64,000 bases of DNA, from NCBI GenBank assembly GCA_943787795.1, contig CALSNU010000003.1, positions 320,001 through 384,000 on the forward strand, given 5' to 3'. The notes below the pieces were generated by a model. It was not told where the DNA came from. It was given only the letters and a program-made list of their open reading frames with translations, and made no database searches. A program made the position numbers and the translations under genes. Of this stretch, positions 57,342-64,000 are shown piece by piece (the first letter of the stretch is position 1; each line of letters starts with the position of its first letter). The stretch is from an uncultured bacterium. GTDB lineage: Bacteria > Planctomycetota > UBA1135 > GCA-002686595.

Positions 57342-59234
57342 TTGCGGGCACTCCTACGACCTCTGTCCGTTGGCCTGGTGCTCTTCGGAGCGGCGTGCTT
57401 TGCGGTGGATCCGTTCCGCGCGATGGAGGACCGGCGCGGCCCGGATCGAGGTGCGGTCGTGAGCGAGCATCCGCTCGCCACTCGAGCGGGGCTCCGGGTG
57501 CTGGAGGCGGGTGGGAACGCCGCGGATGCCGCGGTGGCCACGGCGTTGGCGCTCGCGGTCGTCTACCCGCAGGCCGGCAACCTGGGGGGCGGGGGCTTCG
57601 CGGTCTGGGTGCCATCCGAAGGGGCGCCCGAAACCCTGGACTTCAGGGAGGTGGCGCCCGCCAGGTACACGGCGGACCTCTACCTCGACAGCGACGGCGA
57701 GGTGGTCTCGAAGCGCTCGCTGCGCACGCCCTTGGCGGTCGGTGTGCCCGGATCACCCCGAGGGCTCTTCGAGCTCTATCGGATGCACGGGTCGCGTCGG
57801 CTCTCCTTCACACAGGTCTGCGAGACGGCGATCCTTCTGGCCGAGAATGGATTCCGCGTGGACCCCTGGCTCGCAGCCTCCTTGTCGCGCGACTCCGTGT
57901 GGGAGTTGTTGAGCGCAGACCCCGGCGCGGCGGCCGTCTTCTACCCGGGCGGTGAGCCGCTGAAGGAGGGGGATACGCTGATCCAGCCGGCGCTGGCCAA
58001 GACGCTCCGCGCCTATGCGCTCGGGGGACCGGACGGGTTCTATTCGGGGTCGGTGGCCAAGGCGATCGTGGCAGACCTCGCCGAGGCCGACGCACGCACG
58101 GGGGCGGCGGCCGGTGCGAACCTCATGTCGCGGGCCGACCTCGAAGCCTACCGCGCGGTCTGGCGCGCTCCGGTCTTCGGGCGCTTCGCCGGACGTGAGG
58201 TGATCGGGATGGGGCCGCCGAGCTCCGGCGGCGTCGCGCTCGTTCAGATGCTCGGGATCTTGCAGGGGCTCCCCCTCGAGGTGGAGCGGCGGGCGGCGGT
58301 GGAGCGGGTGGCGTTGGGCGTGGACGAGGGGCCCCGGATGGGGCGCATGGGGCAGCTGCAAGGGGACGACGAGCTGTCTCCGCCGGAGCCGGTTGGCCTG
58401 GACGCACGCTCCTTCCATTGGTGGATCGAAGCCATGCGCTGCGCCTTCGCCGACCGAGCCGTCCACCTTGGCGACCCCGATCATGTGGGCGTGCCGGTCG
58501 AGGAATTGGTCTCCCCCGCCTGGATCGCAGAGCGCCGCATGGGCATCGGTGAGCAGGCGGACCTGGAGGTCGCCGCCTGGCAGCCTCCGATCCCGGACGG
58601 GTCGGATGAGACCACGCACCTCTCGGTGGTGGATCGTGAGGGCAACGCGGTGTCGCTGACCACGACCCTCAATGCCAGCTACGGGAGCGGCATCTTCGTG
58701 GACGCGGGTGGGTTCCTGCTGAACAACGAGCTCGATGACTTCTCCATCCAGGCAGGGGTGCCGAACATGTACGGGCTGGTCGGTGCCGAGGCGAACCAGC
58801 TGGCCCCCGGTCGCCGACCGCTGTCGAGCATGACCCCGGTCGTGATCCGATCGGCGTCGGGACGAGTGGAGATGGCTCTCGGTGCTCCGGGTGGTCCTCG
58901 GATCATCACCTCCGTGCTCCAGGTGATCCTGCGCGTGCTGGTCTATGAACAGGACCTCACGGAGGCGATCCGTGCCCCACGGATTCACCAGCAGTGGCGC
59001 CCCGAGCGCACGCGCTTCGAGGCGGCCTTCGATGAGGCTGTGATCGACTCTCTGCGGCGGGAGCACGGTCAGCCGGTCACTCCGCCAGAGCCCGGCCGGT
59101 TCTTCGGGTCGGTCCAGGCGATCCTCGTGGGCCCGGACGGGAGCGTTGAGGCCTTCAGTGACCCGCGACGCGGCGGCGCAGCGGGGGTCGAGGGGCTCGG
59201 TCTGGCGAAGCCCGCGATCTTGCCCGGTCGCTGA
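57342..59234 (+). CDS. ggt: Gamma-glutamyltransferase, exported
   Basis: GGNAADAAVA, GNLGGGGF, DFREVAP, VGVPG, PPSSGG, autoprocessing TTHLSVVD, LLNNELDDF, RPLSSMTP, GAPGGPRI, SDPRR. Confidence 0.96.
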   Translation: MRALLRPLSVGLVLFGAACFAVDPFRAMEDRRGPDRGAVVSEHPLATRAGLRVLEAGGNAADAAVATALALAVVYPQAGNLGGGGFAVWVPSEGAPETLDFREVAPARYTADLYLDSDGEVVSKRSLRTPLAVGVPGSPRGLFELYRMHGSRRLSFTQVCETAILLAENGFRVDPWLAASLSRDSVWELLSADPGAAAVFYPGGEPLKEGDTLIQPALAKTLRAYALGGPDGFYSGSVAKAIVADLAEADARTGAAAGANLMSRADLEAYRAVWRAPVFGRFAGREVIGMGPPSSGGVALVQMLGILQGLPLEVERRAAVERVALGVDEGPRMGRMGQLQGDDELSPPEPVGLDARSFHWWIEAMRCAFADRAVHLGDPDHVGVPVEELVSPAWIAERRMGIGEQADLEVAAWQPPIPDGSDETTHLSVVDREGNAVSLTTTLNASYGSGIFVDAGGFLLNNELDDFSIQAGVPNMYGLVGAEANQLAPGRRPLSSMTPVVIRSASGRVEMALGAPGGPRIITSVLQVILRVLVYEQDLTEAIRAPRIHQQWRPERTRFEAAFDEAVIDSLRREHGQPVTPPEPGRFFGSVQAILVGPDGSVEAFSDPRRGGAAGVEGLGLAKPAILPGR

Positions 59235-59394
59235 GGGTTGCGCCGCGCAGAGATACGGCACTGAAATACTCGGTGCCGCAGCCCCTTGCGCCGGGCCTCC
59301 CGGCCCCGGAGGGCTGCGATATCCCGAACCCGTCGAGCGGGAGTCCAACCTGCGAGTGATCGGTGCGCGAGAGCCCGGCCTCGGAGGATGTGGC

Positions 59395-59544
59395 GCTGAG
59401 GATCTCGGCGTAGGGGGCCTCGGCGGCAGTGGCTGCCGCGTCAGTATCGTCGGCGGCAGTGGGCGCCGCGCCAGGAGCCTCGGCGGCAGACACCTCAGCG
59501 GCAGTGGCCGCCGCCGCCGTGGCCGCCGCGGCAGTGGCCTCTGT
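59395..59544. repeat. Degenerate 15-bp minisatellite (about 10 units) in the ggt / hypothetical gene gap
   Basis: Minus-strand units close to GCCGAGGCCACTGCC, which would read TEATA-AAATA-AAATA-AEVSA-AEAPG-AAPTA-ADDTD-AAATA-AEAPY-AEILS. Confidence 0.7.
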
Positions 59545-59653
59545 CGGCGTGGGCCCGTCGCCGCGTCCCCTGCGCCGACCTTCAGCGGGCCAGCGCCCCG
59601 TCGCCGACGGAGCAGCCCTTGGGGCTCGGTCGCACGAGGGGTCCTGAACGAGA

Positions 59654-59688
59654 GCGGGGGCCCACCGCGACGCGCGGCGGGCCCCCGC
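59654..59688 (-). terminator. 16-bp GC hairpin 18 nt after the stop of the upstream minus-strand gene
   Basis: gcgggggccc-a-ccgcg-acg-cgcgg-c-gggcccccgc. The mismatch is G:U on the minus strand. Confidence 0.55.
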
Positions 59689-59706
59689 AGCAGGGGGTCC
59701 CTTGGG

Positions 59707-60846
59707 TCAGCCGTCCAGGCCCTCGAGGTCGCTCGGGTCGAACTCGAACTCCTCCTCGATCTTCTTCTCCGTGTCGGCCTTGGCCTCCGCGGCGGCCTCC
59801 GCCTTGTCGATCCGCTCCCAGTGGGTGGGGTCCTCGACCACCGCGGCCCAGGAGTCGTAGAGCGCCTTGATCAGCTTGCGGTTGTAGCGCAGGTTCTTGT
59901 CGCTGAGCACGCCGTCGTCGGGCGTGCGCCAGTCGAAGGCCTGCGAGGTCTGGCTCCCTCGGGCGGCGTTGAGGGCACGCTGCGCGAGCATGCCCTGCTC
60001 GTTGTCGTCCGGCTTGGCCGGGTCGAGTTTGATCATCTCGTTGAGGATCGCGGGCCAGGCCGGTTGGCCGGCTTCCTCGAGGCGGCGCCGGGCGCGGCCT
60101 CCCGCGGCGCCGGCGTCCACGTCGAAGAACATCTCGGCGTCTTCCTGGAGCTTGGTCCACTGCTCGTTCGTGACGCCGTCGGGCTTGCCGAAGGGCTCGA
60201 GGGCCGCGAGGTCCACGGGCTCGGGCGCGGCCGGCTTGGCCTTCTTCTTGGCTGGCTCCGCCGTCGCGGCGCTCGCGTCAGCGCTGTCGGGTGAGCCGGC
60301 CTCCGAGGCCGCAGCCGCGGTGGTGTCGCCGGCTTCAGCGGCTGCTGCCGCTCCATCGCTCGAGGGTGTGTCTGCGGCGGGCGCGGAGTCGCCGTCCTTC
60401 GCTGCGGTCGTGCCGTCACCCGCGGCCGCCTCGGTGGGGGCTCCGGCCGGATCCTCGTCTTCACCTCCGAGGAAGATCACCGCGGCGGCCACGCCCCCGA
60501 TGAGGATCGCGGCCGTGGCGATGAGAGGCACCGGGGACTTCTTCTTCTGCGGGCGCTCCCTGCGGGACCGCTTGCTCCGGCCCTCGCCCTCCTCGCCGTC
60601 GGAGCGCTTCGCGCTGGCTCTTCCGCTCGACCTCCCCGAGCTGCCCCGGGTCGGGCGCGTGCTCTTCTTGGCCGCGGGCTTCTCGGTGGAGGCTCCGCTG
60701 GAGGCCTCCTGTGTCTCCTCCTCCTGGGAAGCGCTTGCCTTGGCTTCGGCTCGCTTGCGGGCGAGGATCTGCTCTCGCATGGAGGGGCCGTCACCCTTCT
60801 TCGTCGGGGTCTTGCGCGGGATCGGCTTGGGGTCGTTCTCGGTCAT
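59707..60846 (-). CDS. Hypothetical single-pass membrane protein
   Basis: Basic disordered N-terminus, one TM ([21 protein letters not shown]), Ala/Asp-rich linker, helical C-terminal domain. Confidence 0.8.
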   Translation of the reverse strand: MTENDPKPIPRKTPTKKGDGPSMREQILARKRAEAKASASQEEETQEASSGASTEKPAAKKSTRPTRGSSGRSSGRASAKRSDGEEGEGRSKRSRRERPQKKKSPVPLIATAAILIGGVAAAVIFLGGEDEDPAGAPTEAAAGDGTTAAKDGDSAPAADTPSSDGAAAAAEAGDTTAAAASEAGSPDSADASAATAEPAKKKAKPAAPEPVDLAALEPFGKPDGVTNEQWTKLQEDAEMFFDVDAGAAGGRARRRLEEAGQPAWPAILNEMIKLDPAKPDDNEQGMLAQRALNAARGSQTSQAFDWRTPDDGVLSDKNLRYNRKLIKALYDSWAAVVEDPTHWERIDKAEAAAEAKADTEKKIEEEFEFDPSDLEGLDG

Positions 60847-60847
60847 G

Positions 60848-60890
60848 GCTGGGGTTCCGCTGGGGTTCCGCTGGGGTCAGTGGGGGTCAG
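60848..60890. repeat. 11-bp direct repeats with four G-tracts in an intergenic spacer
   Basis: gctggggttcc x2, gctggggtcag, tgggggtcag. Confidence 0.75.
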
Positions 60891-60918
60891 CCCCTGCGGG
60901 CTGGGGTTGTTCTTGATC

Positions 60919-62319
60919 TCAGCCGTTCTTGCGGCTGCGCTCTTCTTCCATCTGCTGACGGAGGGCCCGGTTGTACTGCCGGAGCTCCTCCTTCGTCTTG
61001 GGCTCGAAGTCGGGGTCATCCAGCAAGGGGTCGCCCGCCTCTTCGACGCCGTCGAAGCGCTTGTACTTGCGGTCATACCAGGCGAACCACTGCTTGAGCC
61101 CGGACTTGATGCGCTCCTGGGTTCCGCCCATGGCCTCGGAGACCACGAAGGTCGTCTCGTGGCCGGTGATGTCGCGGAGGGCCTCGTGCAGGAAGTTGAG
61201 GCGGATGCGATCGTTCTCGTCCTCGTCCGGCCGGGACGGCATCTCCTCGACGATCAGCGACATCTTGGTCAGCAGCCCGGGGACGATGGGCTTGCCCGCC
61301 GCGATCACCTGCTCCCGGATGGCGCGCGTCGTGCGGGGCGGCGCGTCGACATCCTCCACGAAGGTCGCGATCAACGCCGTGAGGCGCTGCTGCTCCTCGG
61401 CGGGCATCTCGACGTCGAAGGGGATGGTTCGGAGCTCGCTCTCGTAGACCACGGAGCCGTCCGACAGCGTCTTCTTCTCGGCCTTGCGCCGGCCACGCCT
61501 GCGCATGGCAGCGAGCTCCTCGGGGCTGATGTAGCGCTCGGCCCTGATCCAGCGCCAGCGGTCGTCCCCCCCCGACTCTCCGTCCAGGTTCTTCAGGATC
61601 CAGCGCGTCCAGCGGTCGTCGAGCTTGAGGCTCATGTCACTGGCCTGGACCCGGAGGTGGACGATGGCGACTCCGGCTTCCAGGGAGACCACGGAGCCGT
61701 CATAGGGCTTCCAGGCCGCCACCGGGCCCTCGGGCCCGGGGTCCATCACGGCGGCCACGTGGTCCTCGGCCCACTGGATCTGCGCGAGCTGGTCGAGGTC
61801 TGCCCAGGCGGTCGCGGCCGCCCCTGCCGCGCCTTCGGAGTCGGCCTCAGGATCAGGCTCAGGATCAGGCTCAGGATCAGCCTCAGTGGTCGGGGAAGGC
61901 TCCTCGCCATCCTCGGCGGCAGGCGTGTACTCGAACGCCGCTTGCTCGGCCAGGCGTGTCAACAGGCGCGCCTCGTTCCCCGTGGCCGCTGCTTGCTGGA
62001 GCTCGCGGGCGAGGCCCACGATCGGGCCGTCCCAGCTCATGGGGTCGACGTAAGCGGCGGTCTCCTTGACCTCTTCCTCCTCGACCGGAGCCACGTAGGG
62101 CGTCGATTCACTGGAGCTGTTCGCCCAGAGGACGAGCAGGAGCGTCGCGAGGACCGCGCCCCCGATGACGTACATCTTTGTGGGGTCCTGGGAGGCGCCC
62201 TTGGCGCCACGCTCCCGCGCCACGTAGACGTGCCCGCAGGACGGGCACTTGACCTTGGCGCCCTCCTTGCTGCTGGGAATCTTGGCCTGGGTGCCACAGG
62301 AGGTGCACTTGATGAGCAT
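60919..62319 (-). CDS. Zinc-ribbon (MJ0042-like) single-pass membrane protein
   Basis: MLIKCTSCG...KVKCPSCG, one TM ([17 protein letters not shown]), large soluble region. Confidence 0.82.
   Translation of the reverse strand: MLIKCTSCGTQAKIPSSKEGAKVKCPSCGHVYVARERGAKGASQDPTKMYVIGGAVLATLLLVLWANSSSESTPYVAPVEEEEVKETAAYVDPMSWDGPIVGLARELQQAAATGNEARLLTRLAEQAAFEYTPAAEDGEEPSPTTEADPEPDPEPDPEADSEGAAGAAATAWADLDQLAQIQWAEDHVAAVMDPGPEGPVAAWKPYDGSVVSLEAGVAIVHLRVQASDMSLKLDDRWTRWILKNLDGESGGDDRWRWIRAERYISPEELAAMRRRGRRKAEKKTLSDGSVVYESELRTIPFDVEMPAEEQQRLTALIATFVEDVDAPPRTTRAIREQVIAAGKPIVPGLLTKMSLIVEEMPSRPDEDENDRIRLNFLHEALRDITGHETTFVVSEAMGGTQERIKSGLKQWFAWYDRKYKRFDGVEEAGDPLLDDPDFEPKTKEELRQYNRALRQQMEEERSRKNG
61846..61885. 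repeat. 12-bp tandem repeat (DPEP x3) in a linker
   Basis: ctcaggatcagg x2, ctcaggatcagc, ctca. Confidence 0.85.
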
Positions 62320-62544
62320 GGACGCGTTGGTTGGAGGGGGGAGGGGGCGGTTGGGGCGGACCGGTTCGGCCTGAATTCGATCCCCTCCGAAGAGCCACCG
62401 GGGGCCTCGGCGGGCCCGCGCGGCAGCAAGGAAGCTACTGGCACGCGCGTTTCGTCGCAACCGGGGGCGGGGCGGCGCGCCCCGCAGGGCCCTCGGCGGG
62501 AATCACGGATCCTGTCGTCGCGCTGGGCGCGACCGTCGAACATC

Positions 62545-64000
62545 ATGCCCGCGATGCCGTCCCCGCTCTTCGATCTGAACTGTCCTTTCGAGCCCACCGG
62601 ACACCAGCCCCAGGCCATCGACGCCCTCGTCAAGGGCCTCGCCGAGGGGAAGGCACACCAGTGTCTCCTTGGCATCACAGGGAGCGGCAAGACCTTCACC
62701 GTGGCCTCCACGATCGCCCGCTCGGAGCGCCCGGCCATCGTCCTGTCGCCCAACAAGACCCTGGCCGCGCAGCTGTACTCCGAGTTCAAGGAGCTCTTCC
62801 CCAACAACGCCGTCGAGTACTTCGTCAGCTACTACGACTACTACCAGCCCGAGGCCTACGTGCCCTCGAGCGACACCTTCATCGAGAAGGACGCCAGCCG
62901 GAACGAGAACATCGAGCGGCTACGCAGCAGCGCGACGCGGTCCCTGCTGGACCGTCGGGACGTGATCCTCGTGGCCTCGGTCTCCTGCATCTACGGTCTC
63001 GGGAGCCCCTCGAACTACAGCCAGATGGCGGTGCCGCTGCGGGTCGGGGATGAGCTGGACCGCGACGATCTCCTCCGCCAGCTGACCCAGATGCAGTACG
63101 CGAGGAACAACCTCGACTTCCGTCGAGGCACCTTTCGGGTCAGAGGGGACGTGGTGGAGATCTTCCCGTCCTACGAGGAGGACGAGGTCATCCGGGTTGA
63201 GTTCTTCGGGGACGAGATCGAGGGCATCACCCGCGTCAATCCGCTGCTGGGCGAGATCTTGGGCGACGTGGAAGAGGTGGTGGTCTATCCGCAGAACCAC
63301 TACGTCGCGCCCAAGGACCGGCTCGCCTCAGCGATCCCGAAGATTGAATCGGAGCTCGAGACCCGCCTCTCCGATCTCAAGGGGACCAAGAAGCTGCTGG
63401 AGGCGCAGCGCCTCGAGCAGCGGACGCGGCATGACCTCGAGCTGCTGAGGACCGTGGGGGTCTGCAGCGGTATCGAGAACTACAGCCGCTTCATGGACGC
63501 GCGGGAGGAGGGCCAGCCCCCCTTCACGCTCCTGCACTACTTTCCGGATGACTTCGTCATCTACATCGACGAGAGCCATGTCTCGGTCCCGCAGGTTGGG
63601 GCCATGTTCAAGGGGGACCGCAGCCGCAAGGAGACCCTGGTGGAGCACGGCTTCCGCCTCCCCAGCGCCATGGACAACAGGCCCCTCAAGTGGGCCGAGT
63701 TCGAGAAGCTCGTGAAGCAGGTGGTCTATGTCTCCGCGACCCCTGGTCCCTACGAGCGCAAGGTGAGCGCCGGGGCCATCGCCGAGCAGATCGTGCGCCC
63801 GACGGGGCTCCTCGACCCCAAGATCGAGGTCCGGCCCGCGAAGACCCAGGTGGACGACCTCCTCTCGGAGGTGCGCAAGGCCGTGGCCGCAGGTCAGCGC
63901 GTGCTGATCACCACGCTGACCAAGCGGATGTCCGAGGAGCTCACCAATTACTACGCAGAGCTCGGTGTGAAGGTGCGCTACCTGCACTCCGAGATCGATG
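62545..64000 (+). CDS. uvrB: Excinuclease ABC subunit B, partial (runs off the window end)
   Basis: Not in the ORF track. Manual translation gives [11 protein letters not shown]...[12 protein letters not shown]...[12 protein letters not shown]...[14 protein letters not shown]...DESHV...GFRLPSA..NRPL...VSATPG...RPTGLLDP...TTLTKRMSE. Confidence 0.97.
   Translation, partial: MPAMPSPLFDLNCPFEPTGHQPQAIDALVKGLAEGKAHQCLLGITGSGKTFTVASTIARSERPAIVLSPNKTLAAQLYSEFKELFPNNAVEYFVSYYDYYQPEAYVPSSDTFIEKDASRNENIERLRSSATRSLLDRRDVILVASVSCIYGLGSPSNYSQMAVPLRVGDELDRDDLLRQLTQMQYARNNLDFRRGTFRVRGDVVEIFPSYEEDEVIRVEFFGDEIEGITRVNPLLGEILGDVEEVVVYPQNHYVAPKDRLASAIPKIESELETRLSDLKGTKKLLEAQRLEQRTRHDLELLRTVGVCSGIENYSRFMDAREEGQPPFTLLHYFPDDFVIYIDESHVSVPQVGAMFKGDRSRKETLVEHGFRLPSAMDNRPLKWAEFEKLVKQVVYVSATPGPYERKVSAGAIAEQIVRPTGLLDPKIEVRPAKTQVDDLLSEVRKAVAAGQRVLITTLTKRMSEELTNYYAELGVKVRYLHSEID

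Noticed and set aside
59654..59709. Selenocysteine read-through (UGA plus downstream hairpin, frame stays open)
   Set aside because: There is no redox or Cys-type context, the protein ends in a natural-looking acidic tail, and the hairpin is better explained as a terminator.
62320..62544. LexA/SOS box upstream of uvrB
   Set aside because: No convincing CTGT-N8-ACAG or GAAC-N4-GTTC palindrome was found by eye.

Overview
GC-rich bacterial chromosomal window, mostly housekeeping genes. The organism is probably a planctomycete; this is an inference from the xseB-ispA-dxs-nadK and lysS-lolC/E-lolD gene orders and protein style, and was not verified. Core genes: yggS (partial), tilS, gap-pgk-rpe-accD, panB, a short S1/RpsA-like protein, xseB-ispA-dxs-nadK, lysS-lolC/E-lolD, tRNA-Ala(GGC), leuS, a PmbA/TldD pair, ggt and uvrB (partial). 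I found no integrase, transposase, phage gene, CRISPR array or rRNA. Accessory content is envelope-related: three GT-C-type membrane glycosyltransferases, two with TPR tails and one of them TMTC-like; a 2223-aa secreted Calx-beta/Ig/malectin/IPT/beta-propeller/Kelch protein directly upstream of one GT-C+TPR gene (candidate glycosyltransferase-substrate pair); an exported YtcJ-type amidohydrolase that has lost most metal ligands; an orphan CheC-like protein lacking the catalytic Asn; a divergent SPFH/zinc-ribbon pair resembling Bacillus ydjI/ydjG without pspA; two tandem membrane-anchored hypothetical proteins that share a C-terminal domain; and repeated 15-bp tandem duplications at unrelated loci. 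All functional calls come from reading motifs by eye; no database search was run. Several start codons are my estimates and differ from the ORF track.
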